NCBI GenBank assembly: GCA_963796955.1
Contig: CAWCNJ010000008.1
Coordinates: 500,067-564,066 of the forward strand
Reading direction: 5' to 3'
Length of the DNA stretch: 64,000 nucleotides
Source: Endomicrobiales bacterium
Lineage (GTDB): Bacteria > Elusimicrobiota > Endomicrobiia > Endomicrobiales > JALOBY01
Below, piece after piece: positions 38,820-51,055 of the stretch. The position numbers were made by a program, and so were the translations under genes. A model generated the notes under the pieces. The model ran no database searches, had not been told where the DNA came from, and worked only from the letters and a program-made list of their open reading frames with translations. Numbering within the stretch: the stretch's first letter is position 1; each line of letters begins with the position of its first letter.

Positions 38820-41596
38820 TCGGCGACGGCTTTCGTGCAGCGGCCGCACAGGCCGTGCTCACCGACATCGCTGATGTGGCGCCAGCAACGAACGCATTTC
38901 TTGAGCGGTGACGGTTCGCTGACCAGGACCTTTGTTTCAACCGCGTTTTTATCAACGACAATATCGAAGGTTCCCAGCGCGTAATGCAATTGTTCCATGT
39001 CTTTGTGAGAGAAATCCTCGTTACCGACTATGGCAACGCTCATACGGGCGTCCAGGTTGGAGCCGATCAGCTTTTCCCTGCGCAATATCTCATTCATGCC
39101 AAGGGCCTGTTCCCTCATCTGCATAAGCGTTTGCCAGCGGAGCAGTGATATCTCGGTATACAGGCGGCTTTCATCTGTCTTCGGGTAGTCCGCAAGGAAT
39201 ACGGAGAGGGGCAGCGAGGCATCCAGCTTTTTAAGCTCCTGCCAGGCCTCTTCAGCGGTGTGCGAAAGTATCGGCGCGCTCAGGCGTACCAGCACCGAGC
39301 AGATCTCCAGCAGCGCGGTTTGCGCGCTGCGCCGGGAGGGCCAGGTTTTTCCGTCGCAGTAAAGCGTATCTTTGAGCGCATCCAGATAAAATCCGCTCAG
39401 GTCGACCGTACAGAAACGGTTTATCGCCGTCGCCGCGCGATGGAACTCGTAAGTATCAAAGGCTTCGTTAACTTCTTTAATAAGCCCCTGCAACAGATGT
39501 AAGGCGTACCGGTCTATTTCACGCAGTTCGACGTATTTAAGCGCATCTTTTGATGGGTCGAAGTCCGATATATTTCCAAGAAGAAAGCGTACGGTATTAC
39601 GGATCTTGCGGTAAGAATCAGTCAGGCCTTTTATGATCTCAGGCGATATGCGCATGTCCTCACGGTAATCGCTTGAAGCCGTCCACAGACGCAGGATATC
39701 CGCGCCGTACTGTTTTATAATTGCCTCGGGTGCTACGACGTTACCCAGGGATTTAGACATCTTCTTGCCTTCACCGTCAACAAAGAAACCGTGTGTCAGC
39801 ACCGTACGATACGGTGCTTTGCCGCGCAGGGCGACAGACGGTAACAGCGAGGTCTGGAACCAGCCGCGGTGCTGATCGCTGCCTTCAAGGTACAGGTCCG
39901 CCGGCAATGATAGATCCGGAAAATTACCGCTCGCCAGAACAGCCTCGTAGGAAACGCCCGAGTCGAACCAGACGTCAAGAATATCTTCTTCCTTGCGGAG
40001 ATTCGCGCTGCCGCATTTCGAGCATTTGATATTAAGGCCTGCGGCCAGTTCATTGGCGGTCTTTTCATACCAGATATCCACGCCATGGTCGGTAAACAAC
40101 TGAACTATATGGCTGATCACCGTGTTATCCAGCACCGGCTCACCGCAGTCTTCACAGTACAGCACCGGTACGGGAACGCCCCACAGGCGCTGGCGGCTCA
40201 GGCACCAGTCGGGCCGGTTCTCCACCATCGCGCCGATACGGTTGGCGCCGTAATCGGGTACCCATTTGACTTGTTTTACGGCCTCTATCAGGCGCTGGCG
40301 TAAATTATCATGCGTAACCGACATGAACCACTGAGGCGTAGCGCGGAAAATGATCGGCTTTTTGCAACGCCAGCAATGCGGGTAAGAATGAGTGAATTTA
40401 TATTCATCGAGCAAGGCGCCGAGCGCTTTAAGTTTTTCAACGATCAAAGGCGTCGCGGCAAAAACCTTGGTGCCCTTCATGTCCGGATATTCATCGGTGT
40501 AGGCGCCGTAATGGTTGACCGGCGAGATGATGGGTAATTTATATTTCAAGGCAGCGATATAGTCTTCCTGTCCGTGGCCCGGCGCGATGTGAACCACACC
40601 CGAACCGTCTTCAAGCGTGACATAATCGGCAAGTATACCGACGGATTCGCGCTCTACCAGCGGATTGGCGCAGCGGATTCCCTCCAGGTCTTTCCCTTTG
40701 AATTCTCCGACTACCGTATATTCTTTCGCGCCGATCTTCTCAGCGATGACCGGCAGCAGCCGCTTTGCCAGAATAAGATTTTCGACATGGCCGTCTTGCG
40801 CCGTTATCAGGGCGTTGACATATTCGAAATCCGGGTGAAAAGCCAGGGCCACGTTCGCAGGGAGCGTCCAGGGAGTCGTCGTCCATATCAGCACGGAAGG
40901 CGCCGGTTCTGTTGCCAGCTTTAACGTTGTCGAAACGACCTTGAATTTGACATACACAGAATGGGATACATGATCGGCATATTCCACTTCCGCTTCGGCA
41001 AGAGCGGTCTCGCAGGAGGGGCACCAGTAAACAGGCTTCTTCTGACGGTATATGTAGCCTGCTTTAGCCAGGTCGCCAAACACTTTCGCGATTATGCCTT
41101 CATACGTATGGTCTAACGTAAGGTACGGTTTTTCCCAATCGGCAAAGACGCCGAGGCGCTTGAACTCATCGCGCTGGATCGCCACGAATTTTTTGGCAAA
41201 ATCCGCCGCCTGTTTGCGAAACTTAACTTTGTCAACGCTGTTCTTGTCCAGCTTCATCTCTTTGAGCGCCGCCTGTTCTATAGGCAGGCCATGGCAGTCC
41301 CAGCCGGGCGTGTAGGGGGCGTCAAAACCCTTCATGGACTTTTGTTTAACGATAAAGTCCTTCAATATTTTGTTGAGTGCGTGACCGAGGTGCAGATGAC
41401 CGTTCGCGTAGGGAGGACCGTCGTGCAAAATGAATTTCGCCGCCCCTTTTCTTGTCTTGCGGAGCTGGCCGTAAATATCTATGGATTCCCAAAATTTAAT
41501 GAATTCAGGTTCTCTTTGCGGCAAGTTCGCCTTCATGTCGAACCCGGTTACCGGCAGATTAACGGTCTTTGAATAATCTTTTTCTTCAGTTCCCAT
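38816..41596 (-). CDS. ileS: Isoleucine--tRNA ligase (type 1)
   Basis: HDGPPYANG-HLGH, WTTTPWT, KMSKS, C-terminal Zn finger. Confidence 0.98.
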   Translation of the reverse strand: MGTEEKDYSKTVNLPVTGFDMKANLPQREPEFIKFWESIDIYGQLRKTRKGAAKFILHDGPPYANGHLHLGHALNKILKDFIVKQKSMKGFDAPYTPGWDCHGLPIEQAALKEMKLDKNSVDKVKFRKQAADFAKKFVAIQRDEFKRLGVFADWEKPYLTLDHTYEGIIAKVFGDLAKAGYIYRQKKPVYWCPSCETALAEAEVEYADHVSHSVYVKFKVVSTTLKLATEPAPSVLIWTTTPWTLPANVALAFHPDFEYVNALITAQDGHVENLILAKRLLPVIAEKIGAKEYTVVGEFKGKDLEGIRCANPLVERESVGILADYVTLEDGSGVVHIAPGHGQEDYIAALKYKLPIISPVNHYGAYTDEYPDMKGTKVFAATPLIVEKLKALGALLDEYKFTHSYPHCWRCKKPIIFRATPQWFMSVTHDNLRQRLIEAVKQVKWVPDYGANRIGAMVENRPDWCLSRQRLWGVPVPVLYCEDCGEPVLDNTVISHIVQLFTDHGVDIWYEKTANELAAGLNIKCSKCGSANLRKEEDILDVWFDSGVSYEAVLASGNFPDLSLPADLYLEGSDQHRGWFQTSLLPSVALRGKAPYRTVLTHGFFVDGEGKKMSKSLGNVVAPEAIIKQYGADILRLWTASSDYREDMRISPEIIKGLTDSYRKIRNTVRFLLGNISDFDPSKDALKYVELREIDRYALHLLQGLIKEVNEAFDTYEFHRAATAINRFCTVDLSGFYLDALKDTLYCDGKTWPSRRSAQTALLEICSVLVRLSAPILSHTAEEAWQELKKLDASLPLSVFLADYPKTDESRLYTEISLLRWQTLMQMREQALGMNEILRREKLIGSNLDARMSVAIVGNEDFSHKDMEQLHYALGTFDIVVDKNAVETKVLVSEPSPLKKCVRCWRHISDVGEHGLCGRCTKAVAE

Positions 41597-41598
41597 TT

Positions 41599-42627
41599 CT
41601 AATATTCCTTGCCCTTTATACGTTTAATTTGCTGCGGTTTAACGACGCCTTTTTCAGTGATGATCGCGGTGACCAGCTCTGCGGGCGTTACATCAAATGC
41701 GGGGTGGCGGGCGCAGGTCCCTTTGGGGGCGATACGGTGGCCCTTAATAAAGATCACTTCTTCAGTGGAACGCTCTTCGATCTTTATGGCGCCGCCCTCA
41801 GGCGTATCAAGGTCTATCGTTGAAAGCGGGGCGGCAACATAGAACGGTATTTTGTGGTGGCGGGCGAGGATGGCAAGCGCGTACGTGCCGATCTTGTTAG
41901 CCACATCGCCGTTGCGCGCTATCCGGTCGGCTCCGACGATAATAGCGGTTATCCCGGCGGTTTTCATAAGATGGGCGGACATATTATCGCTTATCAGGCA
42001 ATACGGTATTTTTTCCTGCTTCATTTCCCAGGCGGTAAGGCGGGCACCCTGCAAGTAAGGGCGGGTTTCGTCCACATACACCAGCTTGATCTTTTTCCGG
42101 TTATACGCAGACCTGATCACGCCAAGGGCCGTGCCATAGCCAGCCGTTGCAAGCGCCCCGGCGTTACAATGCGTAAGCACGACCGAGCCTTTCTTCAACA
42201 GTCTGGCACCGTAGCCGCCGATCAATTTGTTTATCGCGATATCTTCTTCGTAAATGCGGGTCGCTTCGGCCAGCGCCAGAGGAGCAACAAGTTTAAGATC
42301 GGTTACCGGGGCGAGTATTTTGTCCATGCGGGACAACGCCCAGAAAAGGTTCACTGCGGTGGGCCGTGTTGCCGCGAGCACGGATGAGGCTTGAGCGATA
42401 TAATACTGCGCCTGGCCGATGGAGGTGAATTTTTTTTCTTTCGCAGCAAGAGCTATACCGAATGCAGCAGCCACACCTATAGCAGGCGCGCCGCGTATGT
42501 TCATTTCTTTTATCGTTTTGGCAACTTGAAGGTGATCATGGCAGGCGATGTATTTAACGGTGTCAGGCAACAGTAGCTGGTCTAAAATGTAAACAACACC
42601 GTTTTTATAAAATAATGTTTTAACCAT
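41599..42627 (-). CDS. mtnA: S-methyl-5-thioribose-1-phosphate isomerase
   Basis: IRGAPAIG, RPTAVNL, HCNAGALAT, ETRPYLQG, ANKIGT. Confidence 0.95.
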   Translation of the reverse strand: MVKTLFYKNGVVYILDQLLLPDTVKYIACHDHLQVAKTIKEMNIRGAPAIGVAAAFGIALAAKEKKFTSIGQAQYYIAQASSVLAATRPTAVNLFWALSRMDKILAPVTDLKLVAPLALAEATRIYEEDIAINKLIGGYGARLLKKGSVVLTHCNAGALATAGYGTALGVIRSAYNRKKIKLVYVDETRPYLQGARLTAWEMKQEKIPYCLISDNMSAHLMKTAGITAIIVGADRIARNGDVANKIGTYALAILARHHKIPFYVAAPLSTIDLDTPEGGAIKIEERSTEEVIFIKGHRIAPKGTCARHPAFDVTPAELVTAIITEKGVVKPQQIKRIKGKEY

Positions 42628-42634
42628 ATTTTTT

Positions 42635-42904
42635 CTAGGGGATAGTATCGAGAACTTCTTCCAGGTCTTCTTCCGAGCGGCCGCATATTTCTATGGTCTT
42701 TTCCCTGCCGCGTTCACCCTTGCGCAGAAGTACCATTGTTTTTTTAACATCAAAGAACTCGGCCAGGTAGTAGCACAGTTCTTCGTTCGCCTTCCCTTCA
42801 ACGGCGGGGGCGGATACTTTAACCCGAAGGATGGAGCCTATGCGCCCCACGACTTCGTTACGTTTTGCATTCGGTATAACCCGTACCTTTATGATCATTC
42901 CCAA
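42635..42904 (-). CDS. DUF167 (YggU) family protein
   Basis: VRVIPNA..APAVEGKAN..GERGREK. Confidence 0.88.
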   Translation of the reverse strand: MGMIIKVRVIPNAKRNEVVGRIGSILRVKVSAPAVEGKANEELCYYLAEFFDVKKTMVLLRKGERGREKTIEICGRSEEDLEEVLDTIP

Positions 42905-42920
42905 AATCCTCCCAGTTGAA

Positions 42921-43736
42921 TCACCGGCTCAGTTCACCAGCTCTTTTTTGCGCGCAAAGCACAGCATTGGTGAGAATATCTTCCAGCTCTGCCTTGTCCA
43001 TATATGTTAATGCGGCTTCCGTCGTGCCGCCGGGAGATGTTACATTGCGCCGCAGCTCGGAGGCGGGTGTCGGCAAGTCGTGCAGCATCTTCCCTGCGCC
43101 GAAAACCGTACCACGGGCCAGCTGTGCGGCGACATCGGGTTTTAATCCGAGCTTTCTTCCCGCGTTCTCAAGAATTTCAGCTATGCGAAAAATATAGGCC
43201 GGTCCCGAACCGGATATCGCGGTTACCGCGTTAAGGTCGGCTTCTTTCAGAACAACGGTTGCGGCGACCGGTGAAAATAGTGTCTGTGCCAGGCTCAGGT
43301 GTGCGGCGGTGGCATGCGTCCCGCGCGCCATGGCGATGATACCCGCCCCCACCAGGGCCGGCGTATTCGGCATGGTGCGTATCACGGGAACACCCTTAAG
43401 AAATTTTTCTATAAATTTTATGGTAACTCCCGCGGCTATTGAGATCACCAGCGCTCTTTTTTTGACCGAGGGCGCTATTTCCATAAGCAGGGTTTCCAGC
43501 TGCTGCGGTTTTACCGCCAGGACAATGATATCGGCACTCTTCAGCGCCTGGGTATTGTTCTCAATGGTAACGACACCGTATTTCCGCGAGATCTCAATGC
43601 AGCGTTCCACGCGCACGTCGGTGGCGATAACGCGCTGCTTGTGGAATAATTTGCTTTTGACAACACCGCTGATCAAGGCCTCGGCCATATTACCGGCGCC
43701 AAGGAAAACGATCGTCTTATTTATTTTTTTGTTCAT
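42921..43736 (-). CDS. proC: Pyrroline-5-carboxylate reductase
   Basis: GAGNMA, AVKPQ, RTMPNTP, SGSGPAY, VTSPGGTT. Confidence 0.97.
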   Translation of the reverse strand: MNKKINKTIVFLGAGNMAEALISGVVKSKLFHKQRVIATDVRVERCIEISRKYGVVTIENNTQALKSADIIVLAVKPQQLETLLMEIAPSVKKRALVISIAAGVTIKFIEKFLKGVPVIRTMPNTPALVGAGIIAMARGTHATAAHLSLAQTLFSPVAATVVLKEADLNAVTAISGSGPAYIFRIAEILENAGRKLGLKPDVAAQLARGTVFGAGKMLHDLPTPASELRRNVTSPGGTTEAALTYMDKAELEDILTNAVLCAQKRAGELSR

Positions 43737-44413
43737 ACGTACACTCTTTCCCCGAACAATGCCGACCCTATGCGCACCATGGTTGAACCTTCTTCAACGG
43801 CTATGACATAATCGTCCGACATTCCCATCGACAGGATCTTCATTTCAGGATAACTGATCCGCGCTTCGTCAAAAAGTTGTCTGGCTTGTTTAAAATAGTG
43901 TCTTGAATCTTCGATCTTCTCAGTTAAAGGCGGAATCGCCATAATACCACGGACCTGTATAGAAGAAAGTTTGGAACAGCCGGCCAGCAATTCTTTTAAC
44001 GACTCAGGCGCAACACCAGACTTAGAAACTTCACTGGAAACCTTCACTTCTATCAGACATTCCTGCGTTTTGCCCTGCAGCGCAGCCTGCCGGTTTATTT
44101 CTTCAGCCAGTCGCAGGCTGTCAAGGGACTGTATAACATCAAAAAGTTCTACCGCTTTTTTAACTTTATTCGATTGCAGGTGGCCGATAAGGTGTCTTTT
44201 AAAAACAAGCCCCGAAAGCGCCGAAAATTTCGACTGGGCCTCCTGTATCCTGCTTTCCCCAATGTCGGTAATGCCGGCCGCAAGAGCTTCCCTGACCGCG
44301 TCCGCTGAATGCGTTTTAGTGACCGCGACTAAAATGATCCCCGCAGGATCATTCCCCGCGCGGATCGCGGCCTCACATATGTTCTTTCTAATAATTCCTA
44401 AGTTCTCTAACAC
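43733..44413 (-). CDS. yggS: PLP homeostasis protein (YggS/PROSC)
   Basis: AVTK, IGHLQSNK, LSMGMSDDY, VRIGSALFG. Confidence 0.95.
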   Translation of the reverse strand: MLENLGIIRKNICEAAIRAGNDPAGIILVAVTKTHSADAVREALAAGITDIGESRIQEAQSKFSALSGLVFKRHLIGHLQSNKVKKAVELFDVIQSLDSLRLAEEINRQAALQGKTQECLIEVKVSSEVSKSGVAPESLKELLAGCSKLSSIQVRGIMAIPPLTEKIEDSRHYFKQARQLFDEARISYPEMKILSMGMSDDYVIAVEEGSTMVRIGSALFGERVYV

Positions 44414-44448
44414 AATTTTCTCTTGACATTATATCATTTATTTGTTAG

Positions 44449-44482
44449 AAAAGCCACCCTGCGCTCAATTGCGCAGGGTGGC
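44449..44482 (-). terminator. Intrinsic terminator of groESL
   Basis: GCCACCCTGCGC-N6-GCGCAGGGTGGC followed by a T tract on -. Confidence 0.85.
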
Positions 44483-44519
44483 CTGTTGTTGTTCTCTGGT
44501 CTTCGGACTTCGTACCGAT

Positions 44520-46169
<1,650 letters not shown>

Positions 46170-46178
46170 TTATAGAAA

Positions 46179-46469
46179 TTAAGCTTCAAGCACGCCCAGG
46201 ATATCTTCCTGGTGCATTATTAAATATTCCACGCCTTCGATCTTAACTTCGGTGCCGGAGTATTTTCCATACAGAATGGTGTCGCCGGCTTTTACATCCA
46301 TGGGGATCAGCTTGCCGTCATCGGCGGTCTTACCTTTTCCGACAGATATAACTTTTCCTTCCATCGGTTTTTCTTTCGCGGTATCGGGAATTATGATGCC
46401 GCCTTTCATTGCTTCTTTGGCTTCAATGGCTTGTACCAGCACACGGTCGCCAAGGGGTTTAAGCTTCAT
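46179..46469 (-). CDS. groES: Co-chaperonin GroES
   Basis: [27 protein letters not shown]. Confidence 0.99.
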   Translation of the reverse strand: MKLKPLGDRVLVQAIEAKEAMKGGIIIPDTAKEKPMEGKVISVGKGKTADDGKLIPMDVKAGDTILYGKYSGTEVKIEGVEYLIMHQEDILGVLEA

Positions 46470-46494
46470 GGTCCTACCTCCTGTTAATTTAGGA

Positions 46495-46521
46495 TTAGCA
46501 CTCGCCTTTCCTTAGTGCTAA
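46495..46521. promoter_or_regulatory. CIRCE operator 1 (HrcA site)
   Basis: TTAGCACTC-N9-TAGTGCTAA. Confidence 0.92.
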
Positions 46522-46549
46522 TTTTAGCAAAGGCGAAAAATATTGTCAA
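46521..46549 (-). promoter_or_regulatory. Sigma-70 promoter of groESL
   Basis: TTGACA-17-TAAAAT on -. Confidence 0.85.
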
Positions 46550-46592
46550 GCACGATTTTATCGACGGAAAACGTGTTTTACTAAAAATAAAA

Positions 46593-46619
46593 TTAGCACT
46601 TGCATAGCGCAAGTGCTAA
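46593..46619. promoter_or_regulatory. CIRCE operator 2
   Basis: TTAGCACTT-N9-AAGTGCTAA. Confidence 0.88.
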
Positions 46620-46653
46620 TTCATTAGACTGGTTTTGAAGGGTAAATTTGTGT

Positions 46654-47397
46654 TTAGAACTTCACACCAAGGCCGGCAGTGTAGCCTATTTCGCCGTTTA
46701 TCAACACGCCGCCAAGTTGTGCGTACGTGAAGGGGAACAGCGTCAGATTGATGCCCGCTTCCACGCGAGAGGTCGTTGCTTTACCCTTTAGATCGGTTAT
46801 CGATGAATCAGCCTTTACCTCGGTTTGGTCCATACCGACACCTATATAAGGATCTACGATGGGTATATTGAACGAGGCCATCGCATCAACGCTCATGCAG
46901 GAGGCGGTGAACTTATTGGCGCCTGCGCTGACGGTAAGGTTGTTTACCATTCCCTGAATAGAGATGGAGGGCATGACCGGCAGCGAACCTTTTATGATCC
47001 CGTAGCGAATACCGCCACCCACCATGGAGGCATCAGTGTACGACATGACACGACCAAAAATATCTATCTTCGCCGGAAGGCCGATCTCTGCCTGGATGAT
47101 AGGGAGACCGATCGTATCGAGGCCGGCTGCTTTAATGATCGTATTATCTTTGTCAGTATTTTTTGCGACAAAACGGACACCTACATCAAAACCAGGAAAA
47201 CCCAGAGCTTTTCCCTGATGGAAGGCTCCGCCACCCATTAAATACCCTACATCCTTAGTGAAATTATCAAGCCTGGTTTGTATAATAGTCTCTGTTTGCC
47301 CGGAAAGTTGTCCCTTGAACTCATCGAATGGATTTGCCGCAAAAGCCGAGGCAGCCACACATGCGATTATAGCTTGAATAATCAATCTTTTCTTCAT
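46654..47397 (-). CDS. Secreted/outer-membrane beta-barrel-like protein
   Basis: Signal peptide, alternating beta strands, C-terminal GVKF. Confidence 0.6.
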   Translation of the reverse strand: MKKRLIIQAIIACVAASAFAANPFDEFKGQLSGQTETIIQTRLDNFTKDVGYLMGGGAFHQGKALGFPGFDVGVRFVAKNTDKDNTIIKAAGLDTIGLPIIQAEIGLPAKIDIFGRVMSYTDASMVGGGIRYGIIKGSLPVMPSISIQGMVNNLTVSAGANKFTASCMSVDAMASFNIPIVDPYIGVGMDQTEVKADSSITDLKGKATTSRVEAGINLTLFPFTYAQLGGVLINGEIGYTAGLGVKF

Positions 47398-47487
47398 TAC
47401 ATTCTCCCTCAACATGTGAATTCTCTTAAAGGTCTACTTTAAGAGTTATGCACAACCTTACCCACAATACACACAAGGCACTTTGCG

Positions 47488-48261
47488 TTACCGACTTTTT
47501 TCCCATATCAAACGAATACCATCCAGAGTCAGTTCAGGAATTACCTCCTTGACCTCTTTGATCTCGTTTAAGACAATACCGGCAAGGCCGCCTGTCGCTA
47601 TAACTTTTGGCGAGCCCCCAAGTTCGCGTTTGATACCGGAAAGCAGCTCTTTTATCAGCCCAACATAACCGAAATACAGCCCCGACTGCATGCAGTCAAC
47701 CGTCGAACGTCCCATATATTTTTCAGGCCGCGCCATCTGTATCATCGGCAACTGCGCCGTATGCTTGACCAAAGACGCCAAGGCGACATTCGGCCCCGGG
47801 CATATCGCCCCGCCGGCATATTCCCCTTTTTTTGTAACGCAATCAAAAGTTGTCGCCGTGCCGAAATCAATAATTATACAGGGCCCACCAAAACGCTCGT
47901 ATGCAGCAACCGCATTAGCGATACGGTCAGCCCCCAGATCGCCCGGGCTGTTCCCCAGGATCTTAAGCGCAGGCTTTCGCTCGCTCTTTCCGACGAAAAA
48001 CGCCTTATTCTTCAGATAACGCAAAGCCATTTCTTCCATCGCCGCGTTTATACCAGGCACAACGGATGCGATAGCAACAGCCCTGATATCAACAACAGGC
48101 ACATCGGAATTGCGGAACAACTCCAAAATTTTGCAGCCATATTCGTCGCTGGTTAGCCGTGTATCAGTTACCAGACGCCAGATCACTGAAGGCTTATTGG
48201 CCTTTGGAGGGTATATGCCGAGTGTTATATTAGTATTGCCAATGTCTATTGCCAGTAACAT
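47488..48261 (-). CDS. coaX: Type III pantothenate kinase
   Basis: DIGNT, LGADR, DFGTATT, ATGG. Confidence 0.95.
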   Translation of the reverse strand: MLLAIDIGNTNITLGIYPPKANKPSVIWRLVTDTRLTSDEYGCKILELFRNSDVPVVDIRAVAIASVVPGINAAMEEMALRYLKNKAFFVGKSERKPALKILGNSPGDLGADRIANAVAAYERFGGPCIIIDFGTATTFDCVTKKGEYAGGAICPGPNVALASLVKHTAQLPMIQMARPEKYMGRSTVDCMQSGLYFGYVGLIKELLSGIKRELGGSPKVIATGGLAGIVLNEIKEVKEVIPELTLDGIRLIWEKSR

Positions 48262-48791
48262 TACTTTACCTCGAAAATAGAATTGCCCTGCGCGTCTGCG
48301 CCTACAATAAGCGGAAAATCAACAACATCAAAACGATATATCGCTTCAGGTCCTAAATCACCAAAAGCTACTAATTCTGATTTTCGTACTTTAATTGACA
48401 ACAACGCCGCCACGCCGCCGGTGGCGATAAGATAAATTGCCCCATACTGTTTCAGTGCTTCTAATACCTCAGCAGAGCGGGCGCCTTTGCCGATCGTCGC
48501 TTTCACTCCTAAAGAGAGCATGAGCGGCGTGAATTGATCCATTCTGCCGGAGGTTGTCGGACCGCATGCACCGACGGCATCACCGGGTTTCGCGGGAGTT
48601 GGACCGCAATAATAAATTATAGAATTTTCTAATTGCACAGGCAGCTGTTGGTCGCGCGATACCATATCGGACAAACGTTTGTGGGCGGCGTCGCGGGCCG
48701 TTAAAATGCTTCCGGTCAGCAATACGCTGTCTCCGGCTTTCAGCCGGGGTATGTTATCGATAAGTTCAGGAACTTTAAAACGATATTCCAT
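48261..48791 (-). CDS. Fe-S hydro-lyase (class I fumarase/tartrate dehydratase) beta subunit
   Basis: TARDAAHKR, GPTTSGRM, IGKG, DLGPEA. Confidence 0.92.
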   Translation of the reverse strand: MEYRFKVPELIDNIPRLKAGDSVLLTGSILTARDAAHKRLSDMVSRDQQLPVQLENSIIYYCGPTPAKPGDAVGACGPTTSGRMDQFTPLMLSLGVKATIGKGARSAEVLEALKQYGAIYLIATGGVAALLSIKVRKSELVAFGDLGPEAIYRFDVVDFPLIVGADAQGNSIFEVK

Positions 48792-49633
48792 TATACTATT
48801 TCCGTTTTTCGGCGGCAGGAATGACATTGCATACTTATTGCTACCGGCAGCGAGGCGATGTGGCAGGGAGCGGCCTCAATATGCGCAGCAAGCGCGGTGA
48901 CATTTCCGCCTAATCCCATGGGGCCGACGTTGGTGGCATTGATAGCGGCAAGCAGGGAACGCTCGCGTTCGGCGTACGCATATTCCTGATGGAATGAGCC
49001 CAGTTCCCGCAGCAATGCCTTTTTGGCATGCAGGGCGACGGAAGAGAAGCTTCCGCCAACACCAACGCCCACCACCAGCGGCGGGCAGGCATTTACGCCT
49101 TTTGTCTTTACTGCTTCAACAATAAAGTCTTGTACCTCTTTCCAGGAGGCGCTTGGAGAGAACATTTTCAGGACGCTCGCGTTCTCGCTGCCGCCGCCTT
49201 TCGGCAAAACTGTTATTTCAAGCGCGGCGCCAGGCACCACATCCACATATATCTGAGCGGGTGTATTTGTTCCCGTATTCGTGCGGTCGAATGGATCTGC
49301 GACGATAGATTTACGCAGGTAGCCTTTTTCATAGCCTTCGGCAACGCCCTTATTAATGGCATCATGAAGGCTTCCGCCGACGATCTCCACACCCTGACCA
49401 AGCTTTATAAAGATCTCTGTTATGCCGGTGTCCTGGCACAGCGCTACCCCTTTGCGGCCGGCGACCTGCGCGTTCTCCAGGATCTGGGCGAATATCGCGC
49501 GCCCTGTTTCACTGGTTTCCCTGCGACCCGCCTGCTGGATCGCAAGAGTAACGTCCGCGGGTAAAAAATTATTTACCTGGGTGCACATCCGTGCGATGGT
49601 ATCGGTTATTTTCTGCGTTGTTATTTGTTTCAT
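48791..49633 (-). CDS. Fe-S hydro-lyase (class I fumarase/tartrate dehydratase) alpha subunit
   Basis: LCQDTG, KGGGSEN, ACPP, GPMGLGG, CHIASLP. Confidence 0.93.
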   Translation of the reverse strand: MKQITTQKITDTIARMCTQVNNFLPADVTLAIQQAGRRETSETGRAIFAQILENAQVAGRKGVALCQDTGITEIFIKLGQGVEIVGGSLHDAINKGVAEGYEKGYLRKSIVADPFDRTNTGTNTPAQIYVDVVPGAALEITVLPKGGGSENASVLKMFSPSASWKEVQDFIVEAVKTKGVNACPPLVVGVGVGGSFSSVALHAKKALLRELGSFHQEYAYAERERSLLAAINATNVGPMGLGGNVTALAAHIEAAPCHIASLPVAISMQCHSCRRKTEIV

Positions 49634-50970
49634 ATCCTGGCAGGTTTAATAAATCCTTTTTTCATCATGGTCTCGGTGATACCCCTGCTGCGTTTGATCA
49701 AGTCGCGGGCTTCGTTGTACAGGATCGCGCGGCTCGCTTTGCGCTGCGCCACTTTATCGGCTATCGCCTGCATGCCGACTTCAGCGGCCACGAACGGGTA
49801 CATTTCCCAGTTGGCCATGGTCGGCAAAATCCGCTCCGGGCTCAGGGCCGAAGGTTTGATACTTGCAGCGATAGCCCGTGCGGCAGTGATACACATCGCA
49901 TCGGTTATGGTGGTGGCGCGCACATCAAGCGTGCCGCGGAATACGGCCGGGAAACCGAGGGAATTGTTGACCTGGTTAGGGAAATCGCTTCGGCCGGTAG
50001 CGACAACTACCGCGCCGGCTTCTTTCGCCTCCCAGGGCCATATTTCGGGGACCGGGTTCGCGCAGGTAAACACTATCGCTTTCTTAGCCATTGCAGCTAT
50101 CCATTCTTTTTTGATCACGCCGGGGCCGGAAGCGGCAAGAGCGACACAGATGTCAGCGTTTTCCAGGGCTTCCTTTATGCCGCCGATAATACCCGATGAA
50201 TTCGTTTTCTGGCACAGCTCCCATTTTTCTTTGTATTTATCTTTCAGCTCCACGCGGCCTTTGTGAAGCGTGCCGTGGTGATCTACCATAACAATGCTGC
50301 CCGGGTTCGCTCCGTAGATCATTAACAGTCTCGCGACGCAAATGTTAGCAGCGCCCGCACCTATAAGTGTTATGCGTGCCGAGCCGATCTTTTTTTCAAC
50401 AACTTTCAAGGCATTGATAAGACCTGAAAGAGTGACCAGCGCCGTGCCCTGCTGATCGTCGTGCCATACCGGGATCCTGCATTCATCGCGCAGGGTGTTA
50501 AGTATCGGAAAGCACTTGGGCTGCTCGATATCTTCAAGGTTCACTCCGCCGAAAGACGGCTGAAGCAGTTTAACCGTATCGATTATTTTCTGCTGGTCTT
50601 TTGTCTCAAGGCATATGGGAAAAGCATCAACTCCGCCGAGATATTTAAAGATCAACGCTTTTCCTTCCATGACCGGCAAACCGGCCTCCGGGCCGATATC
50701 GCCGAGCCCCAGCACCCTGGTACCGTCGGAAACGACGGCGACGTTGTTCCATTTATTCGTATATTCATACACCAGTTCAGGAGTTGCCTGAATATTCTTG
50801 CACACCTTGGCAACACCGGGGGTATACCAATAGGCGAAATCATTATAATCCTTGATGCGGCATTTCGGCACTATCTCTATCTTGCCGCGATAGAAAGGAT
50901 GGAGTTTTTCAGCGATGCCGGATGGTTTTTGCGCTGCGGTGAGTAACTTTTTAATGACGGCTTCTTTCAT
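49630..50970 (-). CDS. NAD(P)-dependent malic enzyme
   Basis: YTPGVA, VLGLGDIG, EGKA, NLEDI, HDDQQGT, GRSDFPNQVNN. Confidence 0.94.
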   Translation of the reverse strand: MKEAVIKKLLTAAQKPSGIAEKLHPFYRGKIEIVPKCRIKDYNDFAYWYTPGVAKVCKNIQATPELVYEYTNKWNNVAVVSDGTRVLGLGDIGPEAGLPVMEGKALIFKYLGGVDAFPICLETKDQQKIIDTVKLLQPSFGGVNLEDIEQPKCFPILNTLRDECRIPVWHDDQQGTALVTLSGLINALKVVEKKIGSARITLIGAGAANICVARLLMIYGANPGSIVMVDHHGTLHKGRVELKDKYKEKWELCQKTNSSGIIGGIKEALENADICVALAASGPGVIKKEWIAAMAKKAIVFTCANPVPEIWPWEAKEAGAVVVATGRSDFPNQVNNSLGFPAVFRGTLDVRATTITDAMCITAARAIAASIKPSALSPERILPTMANWEMYPFVAAEVGMQAIADKVAQRKASRAILYNEARDLIKRSRGITETMMKKGFIKPARI

Positions 50971-51055
50971 GATATTTCCTTAGTTCAATTAAAAAGACGG
51001 CAGGAATTGCTTCCTGTCGTCTTTATTGTATCATATTTCTTAAAGACAATTCATC

